58,501 nucleotides of DNA, taken from contig JAUCBJ010002109.1 of assembly GCA_032718475.1 (NCBI GenBank), forward strand, positions 1-58,501, in the 5' to 3' direction. The stretch comes from Nemertoderma westbladi (taxonomy: Eukaryota; Animalia; Xenacoelomorpha). The first letter of the stretch is position 1, and every line of letters starts with the position of its first letter. Below are positions 36,501 to 48,385 of this stretch, one piece after another. Below the pieces are notes generated by a model. That model ran no database searches and was not told the origin of the DNA. It saw only the letters and a list, made by a program, of their open reading frames with translations. A program made the position numbers and the translations under genes.

Positions 36501-37574
36501 GTACGTACCTACTTGTAAGGTTTGTTTTTTAAATAAATAAATAATTTAATAAACTCGAAACGCATAGTGATATTATATTTACATATTTGTCGCTGGCCAC
36601 GAGAAAAGGGACCTTATGTCACCGGAGGTCGATTTTGAGTTATTAGGCCTATGAGATGTAGAAAAACGAAAAAAACGGTGTCTCAATATCTATTTCCAAA
36701 AAAAAGGTACAGCGATTTATGTGAAGGTGAATCGGGTAGCAAAAAAATTTTTATTAAGAGCGGTTACAGTACAGGCCACCAGAAAACGCAGATTTGTACA
36801 ATTGTGAACACATTTTATCAAATGTGTACCAGTGTAATGTAATGTTGTTGAACGGGACAATTGAACATAATTGAACATAATTGAATTGGAAACAACCAAA
36901 ATTTTTTCGCCAAAGGATACAATTGAATACTTTTGAAACGCTTAGTAATCTGGAAACTCTCTGTAGTTTGCCGCTAACAGTCACTCACTGCAGCTGGAAA
37001 TGCGATAAGGATTTTGTTTACCTTCATAGTGTGCGGTTAATAGTGTCCAGTAAGCAGGCCTATAGTTAGTGATGTTAAGGCATCTGCTGGTGTTTCTCTG
37101 TGCCCTGTCGGTGTCAGACTAATGGCGCGACATCTCCCTGCACTAAATTAATTATTCAATGGTCTAGGCTCCTCCATCCATATACCCATCCACTCCCATA
37201 CACTCCATGAACCTCCCATGTGGTCTTGTATGTACAGTCCCAATCCCAATAAACATTAACTTGGTCGTTTTGGCAGCCAAAATGACCAAAATCACCAAAA
37301 AAATGTACTGTATTTCTATGGGCTACTTGGTCGTTTTGGCGAAGCGATTTAACTCGAATCAGCTCAATCCAGACAGTCTGTCTCCTTGGCCATCCATTTG
37401 GTGGATCTGACTAAATGTCGGCTCGCTTTCATTTTTATTATTGACAGATTGTTAACTTACCCGGCGCTGAGCCTTGCAGTACTGGAGTCCACCCACTGAG
37501 GCATTAATAGAGTACACAGTCTTATAAAAGGAGTTGAATGGAGCTTCGTTAAAGGAGTATGTATAATAAATCTG

Positions 37575-37835
37575 AACGTCCCCAAATTAATTTATGGACG
37601 TCCCGAAATTAATTTATGGACGTCCCGAAATTAATTTATGGACGTCCCGAAATTAACTATATGGACGTCCCGAAATTAACTTATGGACGTCCCGAATTTA
37701 ACTTATGGACGTCCCGAAATTAATTTATGGACGTCCCGAAATTAATTTATGGATGTCCCGAAATTAATCTATCAACCAATCAGAATCGTAATGAAATAAC
37801 TAATTAATGGACGTCCATAAATTAATTTCGGGATG
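37575..37835. repeat. ~22-bp tandem repeat (GGACGTCCCGAAATTAATTTAT) with one inverted copy
   Basis: About nine direct copies at 37575-37770 and an inverted copy at about 37809-37833. Confidence 0.92.
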
Positions 37836-37916
37836 TTAATTTCGGAAATTAATTTCAATAATATTTTTAAATTTTTTTAAATATTTTTTTACAATGTATA
37901 ATTCGCGGACACTGCG

Positions 37917-38482
37917 GGGTGACTACAAAACAAAGACCCAATTATAAAGACCTGCATAATCTTGTTACATGTGTTAACTTTCGTTAATTGTTTTGAATAC
38001 CCCGTTACGCCTCTGTAACTTGCTCCTTTACTAACCTGCTCCTTTAAATAGCAATAGTGATATTTTTCATTCTACTTTAGTTACTTTCTACCGTATAGTT
38101 TACCTTATAGTCTGTTAGTTATACTATATTTAATATTTGTGCTATTATTATGTACTGTACACTGATATGAACCATAGTCGGTTTGGTGTAAATAAATAAA
38201 TAAAAATAAAATAAATAGTACATATAACGCTCATTGTGACCTGTACAAAACAAAGAGGTAAAGTCGCGTTACGTCCCAAAGAGCGTTAGGTTCCAAAGAG
38301 CTTTAGGTCCCATTGCCAGAGAGCGTGAGGTCACATTGCCATTTAAAGGAGCAGGTTAGTAAAGAAGCAGGTTACAGAGGCGTGTTGGGGAACCAAAACA
38401 ATAAACGAAAGTTAACACATGTGTTTTGTATTTGTACAGGTCTTTATTATTTGGGTCGTTTGTCTGTGTTTTGTAGTCACCC
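37917..38482. mobile_element. MULE-like MITE (inner member of the nest)
   Basis: ~140-bp TIRs GGGTGACTACAAAACA...; 9-bp TSD GACACTGCG at 37908-37916 and 38483-38491. Confidence 0.85.
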
Positions 38483-39782
38483 GACACTGCGGTGCGGTGT
38501 TGCGTGGGGGCCACCAATCCACCCACCCACACTCAACTCCCAACTTCCTGGATACTAGGATACTGAGTGAAAGCGTCTGAAACTACTACAGGAACTCCAT
38601 GACATACTATGGGCTAGCGACTAGGGACTGGCGCCCTTGAACATGTTTACTGTAGTACCTACTGTACCACCTACCTTAGTGACCTGTGGGACCAGCCCAT
38701 TATTAGTGAGGTCGGCATTTCTCTTTATCCTGCCGCTCTCTTTGTATTACAATAGCATACAGCTAACCAATGGCAATGGTCTCGAAATCCGGAAATCGAA
38801 GCCTTTTTCTATCTGCCAACATCCTGGGCTTTACTTACACTCAGCCTCTATTCACTGGCTGTGATTGACAAGCCAACTTGCCTCAGAAGTTCCTTTCATG
38901 AATGCCGCAATTTATATTTGGCCATTTTGGTCGCCAAAATGACCAAGTTAATGTTTATTGGGATTGGGACTGTAGTTCTCTCTCTACCAATACAGCCCAT
39001 GTCCGCAATGTTACGCCCTGGGGGCTCTCTCATCTACCTGATATCAGACATACAGGCGCACGGCACACAAATCCTTTGTCGGTCCCAGCAAGTTAGCCTC
39101 CTGCTGTGTGATCTAGAAGATAACTCGCCATAACCTGCCAATCAGATGACTTGAACAAATGTGTTCACATGTGATAACATTGGTCGAAATCTGCTTTTTC
39201 TGGTGGCCTGTACTGTATAATAAGCGGTTATTTAAAAAAATGGACAATATTAATAATATCATAGCAATTCTTACTATATAGTTAGGCAGCTCAATGTTAT
39301 TCGGCTTTTTATACAATAACTTTTAACACTTTGAAACTATTAATATTGTTCATGAACTATTTAAAAAAAAATTTTGCAAAATTTTCAAAAAAACTTGTAA
39401 CCAAAAATTTTTTTTTTAATTTAAAATTTTCAAAAATATTTTTTTTTACAAATTTTAAAATTAATTCGTATTTTGAATTCTTTATTGGGAGTGTTGTAGA
39501 TGTTTGTCCACCTTGTCCCACCCATATTGTAGAAGGTGTCTAGAAAATTTCAAAACAAACGGACAGGAATTAACAAAATGACAAGCAATTTACATTTTAG
39601 AACATTATCGCCCCCTAGCGGCAGACAATTGAATATTACAGTCTAGGATTCATTTCGTTCTATTTGTATTACTGCACCCACTAGAGGGACCTACCACACT
39701 AACATATGTATCTGCATATGTATGAAGATCACCAGAAGTACCTCCACTCACACAATCTAATGGCACAGACACACCAGAACGC

Positions 39783-40226
39783 TCAGCCACACACACGCCC
39801 AGCATTATCATCACCCACATCATCCACAACACAAACACCACCACTGACAATTGAATTCTTCTCAATAGTTAATTCAGTAGAATTAACATCTACCATCAGT
39901 TTATGTATTGTTTTTTCGTTAACCTCCTTCCCCATCTTTCTGACAAATGCAACTAATAGATTGCATTTCGCACCAAGCGACTTACATTTCATCGATTTTA
40001 TTTCCAGGTCCACTATCTCTGATTCTAATGTCGTATTGGATCGTTTTGCTATCTTAACCAACTGTCCAGCTTTGTTTGGTGATATTTTGTGTGTTGATGT
40101 TAGATGATCTTTTAAATATTTTAATGTTTTAGAACAGCCGTCAATAGGGCATACTTTCTCGTGGCGAGTTGGTATTTTCGTTGTGTTTGCAGCTTCGGAC
40201 TCATTGGAGTAACCTTGATTAGACAT
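39783..40226 (-). CDS. Small ORF or exon with one C2H2 zinc finger, function unknown
   Basis: CPIDGCSKTLKYLKDHLTSTH (Cx4C-x10-H-x4-H). Confidence 0.4.
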   Translation of the reverse strand: MSNQGYSNESEAANTTKIPTRHEKVCPIDGCSKTLKYLKDHLTSTHKISPNKAGQLVKIAKRSNTTLESEIVDLEIKSMKCKSLGAKCNLLVAFVRKMGKEVNEKTIHKLMVDVNSTELTIEKNSIVSGGVCVVDDVGDDNAGRVCG

Positions 40227-40432
40227 CTAATAAAAAAAATTATATATAGTAAATACAATTAAAAAATTATTATATTCATGCAATAATAAATTCCCATTTT
40301 AACCAATATAATTAAACCCACCCACCACCCTAAGCATGCACTCCCTGTGATCCCCTCTGGTAGTCTGGCAAAATTTAAAAAATATGTTATAGTGTTTGTA
40401 ACTTACTTGAATTATTGTTATTGCAGAAACTT

Positions 40433-41347
40433 TGAAATCAGGAAAGAAGAATCATAAGCAGAAATCAGGAAAGAAGAATCATAAGCAAAAATCAGGAAAG
40501 AAGAATCATAAGCAGAAATCAGGAAAGAAGAATCATAAGCAGAAATCAGGAGAGAAGAATCATAAGCAGAAATCAGGAAAGAAGAAGCATAAGCAGAAAT
40601 CAGGAAAGAAGAATCATAAGCAGAAATCAGGAAAGAAGAAGCATAAGCAGAAATCAGGAAAGAAGGATCATAAGCAGAAATCAGGAAAGAAGAAGCATAA
40701 GCAGAAATCAGGAAAGAAGAATCATAAGCAGAAATCAGGAAAGAAGAATCATAAGCAGAAATCAGGAAAGAAGAATCATAAGCAGAAATCAGGAAAGAAG
40801 AAGCATAAGCAGAAATCAGGAAAGAAGAATCATAAGCAGAAATCAGGAAAGAAGAAGCATAAGCAGAAATCAGGAAAGAAGAATCATAAGCAGAAATCAG
40901 GAAAGAAGAATCATAAGCAGAAATCAGGAAAGAAGAAGCATAAGCAGAAATCAGGAAAGAAGAATCATAAGCAGAAATCAGGAAAGAAGAAGCATAAGCA
41001 GAAATCAGGAAAGAAGAATCATAAGCAGAAATCAGGAAAGAAGAATCATAAGCAGAAATCAGGAAAGAAGAATCATAAGCAGAAATCAGGAAAGAAGAAT
41101 CATAAGCAGAAATCAGGAAAGAAGAAGCATAAGCAGATATCAGGAAAGTAGAATCATAAGCAGAAATCAGGACAGAAGAATCATAAGCAGAAATCAAGAA
41201 AGAAGAATCATAAGCAGAAATCAGGAAAGAAGAAGCATAAGCAGAAATCAGGAAAGAAGAATCATAAGCAGAAATCAGGAAAGAAGAATCATAAGCAGAA
41301 ATCAGGAAAGAAGAATCATAAGCAGAAATCAGGAAAGAAGAAGCATA
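40433..41347. repeat. 27-bp minisatellite (GAAATCAGGAAAGAAGAA[T/G]CATAAGCA), about 34 copies
   Basis: Directly visible; produces the (KSGKKNHKQ)n and (SSFLISAYD)n ORFs. Confidence 0.98.
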
Positions 41348-41639
41348 ATTATTGAAATGCAGCAGATGTAATATCGAAATATTGAGATATTGAGATATAT
41401 TAAGATATATATTGAGAGTTGACTAAGAAATATTGAGTGATGAATGCAACACTACATCAAATTTTCATAAAATACATACAATATCATATAGCATTGAAAT
41501 GCAGCAGATGGGCTAAGAAGTATTATGGTAAGTATGATGAATCCAACTACATAACATTTTCACAAAATAAATATACAAATAGATTGCATAAACTAACAAA
41601 AGAAAAAAATATAAAAAAAGAGAATTCCATTAACAATCC

Positions 41640-42335
41640 GTGAATCATGGCTTCCAAGTAAACAGCACATGGCATGGCTGGCTTTCTACAAAATGTTACT
41701 TTGGAAAATCCAGTACCACATTTTGTTGATGTTAGCCCCAATGGGGCATATGATGCCCTACTGGTTGTTGGGAACACATAAACGATGCAGAACCACTTCC
41801 ACTGAATGTAGCCCTTAACAAATATGTGCCCAGTGATTTTCAATTTGCAACCAAACAAAAACTTGTAGGTTTAAAAGATGGCTGGTTAGCAACTAAAATG
41901 TTCCTTCATCACTGGGAGGTAGCACCATTTATTTTAGTTACAACTGAGTTAGGTATATGTTTACTTACTTGTAAGAATCATAAGGGTGGCAATTCCTTAA
42001 AGTATTTATATCCCCCTACCAATCCTGCTATTGATTGCTTTCCGACTCAATGTTCTGACAGACTGGGTCAAGCTGTTTTTGTACCTAGGACCTTCTATAA
42101 TGCTAGGCTAGGTAAAGCAACACATACATTCCGGATGGTTAAAATTTGAAGGAAGTAGTTTTTTGATGTCCACTGTACGCAAGTGGGATATACATTCTGA
42201 CAGATTGGCTAAGGTTGAAAATTTAATTATGGAAAACAGGCCAGACAGCAGAGCATTGATTCAAAATTTAATAGCTGATGAAACTTTGCCTTTATCAGTT
42301 GGAGAATGGTTTTTGAACACTCCATCCCTGATTGA
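41640..42335 (+). pseudogene. Decayed coding fragment of unknown family, cut off by an LTR-like insertion
   Basis: Consecutive protein-like frames (...CPTGCWEH...LLTCKNHKGG...YPPTNP...DRLGQAVFVPR...) broken by stops. Confidence 0.35.
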
Positions 42336-43020
42336 TGTAAGCGGATTCAATTCCCTTACATTACCCACCCGAAAATGGGACCAGTGGCATTTTACCAATA
42401 TAGTTGGCGATACTAGATTACCAATAATAATCTTGCCTCATAACCAACTCGGGGGGCGATACAGGCCCTAAAGCCACAGAGAGAGGTGAGAGGTCAAACC
42501 ACCTCACAGGGAGAACAGCTAGTCGAGGTTAGCGGTAGGGGGTAACACTTACAGGGAGTGCCAAAGTGACAATTAGTATATAAGCCAATAGTGGGCAGAG
42601 GAGCACATGGGGAAAGATAGGAAAGCATCTATTGGGTAGCAAAAGGCCGAAGTAGAGTAGAGGTGAAACCAATATCTATGTGTATCAATCATATAGTTGT
42701 CCTGATTACTGATTTACCGGTCAGTTCATTAATCACAGAGTTGCAGACCGGTTATAGTTTTAACCATCACTTCATCACTTTACACACTGCTGTTGTAATT
42801 CTGTATTGCAATTTCAATCATATACTGTTATACATTCTGTGCTATTATCATTGGAACATTAACATCGAGAAACACAAACTCTGTTATTTTCCTGACGGCC
42901 TTCGGCCAAGATATAAGTTCAGCAGCCCAGCAGAAAGTGACACATATAACACACAGACAGACAGAAGTAGCACACAGACAGAACCACAGGAAACTTCTCA
43001 ACCAGTCTTCCAGAACATGA
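42336..43020 (+). repeat. LTR-like dispersed repeat (starts TGTAAGCGG)
   Basis: About 600 bp similar to the reverse complement of 55380-55995; partial copy at about 28798-28890; followed by PBS-like TGGCAACGG at about 43025. Confidence 0.55.
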
Positions 43021-43085
43021 TAAGTGGCAACGGATGATGAGGCAACCCCCCCCCCCCCCCCCCATGTTCTTAATCAGACAGAACC

Positions 43086-43415
43086 TCAAACTCCAGAATC
43101 CCTCTCCCCCTCATAATCTGGTCTCCCTGGTGACCCAGGGTTTGGGCCAGAAAGGACATCAGTAAAGGGACTCACAAAATTGTTGGCAGCAGTCATCCCA
43201 CTCCATACCACATCCCAAAAAAAAATAGCAGGTGAATTGTCATCAAATATTGTCAAACTTTCACTAATTATTCGATTATGTTTGCATAAAAACCAGACAT
43301 TAAGAAAGTTTGTAGCAACACATGGGCATATCTCACCCAAAATGCTGTGGAAGTTTATACTCTGGTCGTTTCCATGATTAATCACAATGAACATCATGGA
43401 TGATGTCAAATCTCT
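43086..43415 (-). other. Putative exon, paralogous to 56741-57048
   Basis: TTTTTTCAG acceptor, then DLTSSMMFIVINHGNDQS..F. Confidence 0.35.
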
Positions 43416-43469
43416 GAAAAAAATTTATTTAAAATAAAATATATATTTTTCAAAAGTATATGACCATAT

Positions 43470-43770
43470 AAGAAATTCCACAAATAATAGACATGATATG
43501 ATAAATAAAAAAATATAACTTACAAAAATAACTTAGAAATACACGTATGCAAATTTAAAAATTTTCAAATTACGTTATGCAAATTTAAAAATTTTCAAAT
43601 TAAGAGTCTTTCCAAAAAAAAGAAACTTATATTTAACAATTCCACAAATAATAGACATGATATGATAAATATAAAAATATAACTTACAAAAATAACTTAG
43701 AAACACACATATGCAAATTTAAAAATTTTCAAATTAAGAGTCTTTCCAAAAAAAAGAAACTTATATTTAC
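43470..43770. repeat. ~165-bp AT-rich tandem duplication
   Basis: AATTCCACAAATAATAGACATGATATGATAAAT at about 43473 and 43638. Confidence 0.88.
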
Positions 43771-44324
43771 AAAAAACTACAAGGTATGTTCAATTCAATT
43801 CAATTCAAATTTATTCAAACAAACAAACAAAACATTTAAAATCTAATATATAGCCTATACCAGGACCCATAGCCAGCCACATATCTTACATAACCAGAAT
43901 ATTTCTAGTTGCAATTAAGTAATATTAGTAATATAATCAGGGGGCTGGATTGAGTCGGTAACTACTGTAGATGGTTATTAATGTATGAAGTTTGTTTGTT
44001 TCAGGAGAACAGCAAAATAGCAGTGCCAGTGACTATGATGTGTATTATTAAGGTATCTCATCGAAAATAAAACAAAATAATTTGAAATAAAATTAAGCCT
44101 CACAAAAGAAAAAACTGCTGCGTTAGAGCAAAACATATTTCAATAAATTGATTAGATAAATTAAATAGACGCTACATAAATTTATTTAAGATAATTATAT
44201 CAAAGAATATCACTGCAATTCTAACATTTGTAAACTTCAATTCAAAATAACTTTGATTTAAAAAAAATCCATCGATTTTAAATACTGCAAAATACAATAC
44301 ACTTACAGAAGCGTCTTACAGAGT

Positions 44325-44760
44325 CTGGACCGAGCAGAGGGTGGCGTCTTTCGATATTGCGATCATAAACGCCGACGCCCCCTCATATGCTCACTGGTCC
44401 TTGGACTCTGTCCTCGAGCAGAGAGTCCAAGCCAAGAAGGTGCACTATAGCGCGGTGTGCGAGGATAGAAGGTTCTCCTTCACCCCCCTTGTCGGAACCA
44501 CTGATGGGGTGTGGTGCAAGGAGACTGATACCTTCATCAGCCACCTCGCTGAGACCCTTGTGGCTCGGCGGCAGGGGATGCGGGATCGTGGCCTAGCCTT
44601 CGTTCTCGGGGGAGTTCGGAGGCGGCTTCAGTTCGCGCTCCTCCGCTCCAACTCCCTCTGTTTGCGTGGTGGCCGGCGTCCCTGGAGGGTGCTGGGCTTT
44701 GGGGATGGTGCGGGTCTGCGGGGGAATGACCTCGCAGACCATTATTAATTCACGGTGCAC
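44325..44760 (+). mobile_element. 3' fragment of a CRE-type non-LTR retrotransposon (REL domain)
   Basis: ASFDIAIINADAPSY......K...Y...C....FTPLV.TTDG.W...LQFALLRSNSLCLRG. Confidence 0.78.
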
Positions 44761-45648
44761 CATTTTTAATTGTATGTTAAATTTTATTGTCTTAATTGTT
44801 TTGTTCTGATTGGTGGTGGGATGCTGGTGCAGTTTTATATCTAATTTTGGTTTTATGGATGATTTTGCACATTCAATATATTATAAGTATTATTATACAC
44901 TTACAGAATAGCATATAAAAATTACTTTTAATTTCCATGATTGAATTCATAACTTTTCATATTGGTTGAAACTTCACAAATATTGATAATAATCAATAAT
45001 GGAATATGTACAACTTCCATACAGTACATTTCATCTACATTTCATCACTACATTGAGAGTAAGAAAAAAGACAAAATGAAAACAAACATGTGTAACTCCG
45101 AGGAAACGTGAAATCTAGCAAATACCCAAGTCTACCAACACATGAAGTATCTCCTTCAATGACTTACTACGAATCTCACTACCGAAAAATTAACAGAAAA
45201 AAACAAAACTAATAACGTAATGAATATTAAATACTTACAACAAATATACCATGGTATTACAATTCGGCATAGGCCTTTCGATGTTTTACCACCCATAGGA
45301 TTAATTGTCTTTCGCGCTTTATAACCGGTTACGACATGGACTACCCGAACTTCCATAAAACGATCTTCAACTCTAGTCCTCGCCGACAAAACATCAGCAA
45401 GGACAATTATTGCTGCCATTCTATAACAAAAATATAAATATACAATGTAAATAAGACAATATGACAATGCTCTCCATAGCGAAAAATATATAGATATATA
45501 TAAATAATATAAATATATATAAATAAATATATATATAAATATAATATATATAAAAATAATAGCGGCACTATTTCCGCACACCTCCAGTTGCATCTCCCGG
45601 CCGAAGAATATCGGGATCGGTACACCGGCGTAATACTCCAGCCGTCGG

Positions 45649-47471
45649 TCACTTTTGGGATACTCGCAGTTGACGGTAGCCCGCGGAATGCTGGGCTTTG
45701 GCGGAGTATGTTCTCGCTACGATAACCTTCCTTATAGCCCGCCGGTCGCATCCCTCGAGCCCGTTTCTGGCGGTGGATCCACTTGGTTTGTTCGGCGTAC
45801 CATCGGGTAAGTCGCATAGGGTCTTGTGTACCGGGCCGTTCGCCGGAGGAATTCCGAGGAGGTCTATAGGGGTTGGAGCAACACTGGGACCCTTCGCTAC
45901 CTGTATAGCTGAGCGGGTCCGCTGGGTGCTGGTACTCGGGATCTCCGAAGACCAGTCTTCTCCTCCTGGGAACGGATATGGAGACAACCTCTGACATATG
46001 GCGCTGAAGTCGCTAAGCGTGAAGGTGGTTACTAACTCCCTAGCGGGACTGCCAGAGCCCAGTGGGGTGGTTATGCTTGCCTCCGTTACAGGTTCGGCCG
46101 CAGCGACCCGTTTGGCGGCTGGTCCGTAAGCAACTTCCGGATCGAGTTGTCGCTTTGGGGTGGACAGCAGGACACCTTCCTGTAGCCATAATTCCTCCCT
46201 GTCCGATGATATCAATGGTTCCTCTGCACCGAGGAGATCAACAATTGTAGGGATGTCGAACGGTCCATTATCATCCCAGGATGCGATGACGTTGTGCGTT
46301 TTCGTATCTCCCGGTGGGATATTCTCTACCGCTTTGAACGCGTGGTCGATAACTTCGTTCCACTCATAGTCGATGAAGGATCTAGGAACCGCATTAATGA
46401 GTTTATAGAGAGTCTTGCAGATGAACTTGGCAACCGTATATGATTCCATTATGACGTAGATAAAGTTCCCTCAATCCGGATTCTCCTATTTCTGGTGGAT
46501 CGTCCATTTTCTTTCTACGTCCCTCCAACGATTCTCTCGCTCATTCGTTATCTCTAATTCCGGGTGTGCGCCATATATCTTGTTATATTCTAGGAATTTC
46601 TGAGGTTTAACGTCTATACCGCTGTTAAGCACCGCGAGGTAGCCAATACCGGATTTCGTCGGTCTCACTTCCCAGAATCCACGCATGAATTCTGTGGATC
46701 ACAACCAGGCTAACAGGGTTTGGGTGTCGACAAAGTGACTAATGGCGCTGAGGTCTTCTCGTCGGTTTCTTCCGAAGGGAGCGTTGGCGTAGTCATTCCG
46801 AATATCCGCCTTTAAATCCGACACAATCTTGATAACATCGAAATCGAATAGGATCTGTTGGATCTCCGGTGGTAATAACCAGATCGCTCTGGCTGTCCGC
46901 ACCTCCTGTTTGGGTGTCGGGAAGATAGGACATATTATCACTAGACCATCTAGGGTTCCGAGGACAATGACTAATGATCGACCGTATTCCTTCACCCCAT
47001 ACTTCTCCTGGTAGTCGTCGCGGTTCTGGATGACCGATATACGCTCCTCTCGTAGCGTCGTTGTACATTCCGCTAGGTTTCCCCAGTGGGTGAGGTATGT
47101 ACTCTTGTCGTCGACGAAACTTTGGCATCGCGCCAATGTAATCGCTTTCGAGGTGGTATATCCTCGTTGTCGTATATCAAACATCGGGATTTGTAGACGC
47201 TTCGCCGGAACGCGTTCCAGAACGACAACTCCTCTCCTCCGGTTGCCTTTGCGTTCCGAGTCCTTTTCAGGCTCATACTGACATCGGACAACCGGAGCTC
47301 TCGTAGATTACGGGAATCCGGTTCCTCCCACCCGGAGAATTTAACGACTCGCACGTTCTCTGTTATCAGGGCGTTCAATTTCGTATCGAAGTTAGGAGAT
47401 CCAGGCTGTGGATATTCCAGCAAATTGAGTATGTTACGTAATTCGCTGAGAATTTGGCGATTTGATTCCAT
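45649..47471 (-). pseudogene. Fragmented gene with a WRN/EXD-like (DnaQ) 3'-5' exonuclease-like core
   Basis: Four abutting ORFs; LLPPEIQQILFDFDVIKIVSDLKADIR...FVDTQTL...SGIGYLA resembles WRN_exo ExoII-region motifs. The ExoI DxE motif was not found. Confidence 0.4.
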
Positions 47472-47613
47472 ATTTTAAATTATGTCCGTTGCAAATTTAC
47501 ATCAGTTAATTATAAATCCAGAAAGTCTGATTCTATAGTGACTGCAGAATAATTCAGTTTATTATTATTCAGTTTATTATTGCTATATAGGCATCTACCA
47601 TCTTATTGCTACT

Positions 47614-47742
47614 ACATTCAGTATTTACAGTTACTATAGCTATACAATGTATAGCTATAGTAACTGTAAATACTGAATGTGTGAAAAAAAACTGGTTGGA
47701 TATTAATGTATAGTATACATTAATATCCAACCAGTTTTTTTT
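47614..47742. repeat. Two adjacent perfect palindromes (33-bp and 29-bp arms, 1-nt centres)
   Basis: 47614-47680 centred at 47647; 47684-47742 centred at 47713. Confidence 0.95.
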
Positions 47743-48264
47743 TACTTTTTATGTCCTCTTCTTTTTCCAATTCTTTTCTTTTCTACATTTTCTACATTTT
47801 TTTTTCTTTTTTATTTTTTCATTTCTCATTTATTATTCATTTCACATTTCACTATTTTTTCCACATTTCATCATTTATTTCCACGTCCTTCATCAACATT
47901 GAAGATGATAACGCAGTATTTGCAAGCCACAATTTATACAAATATGTATACTATACTATAGATGTTTGTATGTCTTCTATATTGCTTCTAATAATATATG
48001 AAATTCACTAGGCCTAAACTAAACGTAATGTAAATCCATGAATGTACCAGTACCATTGTCCTCTTCAGAACATGGTAAGAAATTACACTTGTTAGCAATA
48101 GAACTAAATGGATAAAATTGAAGTCAGTGAGATAGTTTTGAAGCTTTGCCAATACCTATCTCCAATGAAGAACATGGTCTCTCATAGGTATGGTCTCTCG
48201 TAGGTTGGTAATTATACTCAGTAATAATGGATAATTGATTAACCCAATTAGTCGCTTGGCAGTT

Positions 48265-48385
48265 GTTAGAGCACTCTCAGGGAGAATCGGGGTGGTTGTT
48301 AGAACGTGCTCGGGGAGAATAATGTCGGTTGGTAGAGCGTGCTCAGGGAGAATAACAGCGGTTGGTAGAGCGTGCTCGGGGAATA
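48265..48385. repeat. 33-bp tandem repeat, about four copies
   Basis: (GGTTGGTAGAGCGTGCTCAGGGAGAATAA...)n. Confidence 0.75.

Larger units (their letters stand above)
37235..38972. mobile_element. Tc1/mariner-type non-autonomous element (middle of the nest)
   Basis: TA-CAGTCCCAATCCCAATAAACATTAACTTGGTC ... GACCAAGTTAATGTTTATTGGGATTGGGACTG-TA. Confidence 0.82.
36767..39215. mobile_element. Tc1/mariner-type non-autonomous element (outer member of a nest)
   Basis: TA-CAGTACAGGCCACCAGAAAA ... TTTTCTGGTGGCCTGTACTG-TA. Confidence 0.8.

Noticed and set aside
39608-39624. CTCF-like motif (reverse complement TGCCGCTAGGGGGCGAT)
   Set aside because: A single short motif in repeat-derived DNA cannot be supported without ChIP data.
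40418-41197. 259-aa and 239-aa repeat proteins on both strands
   Set aside because: By-products of a 27-bp minisatellite (a multiple of 3); no unique coding flanks.
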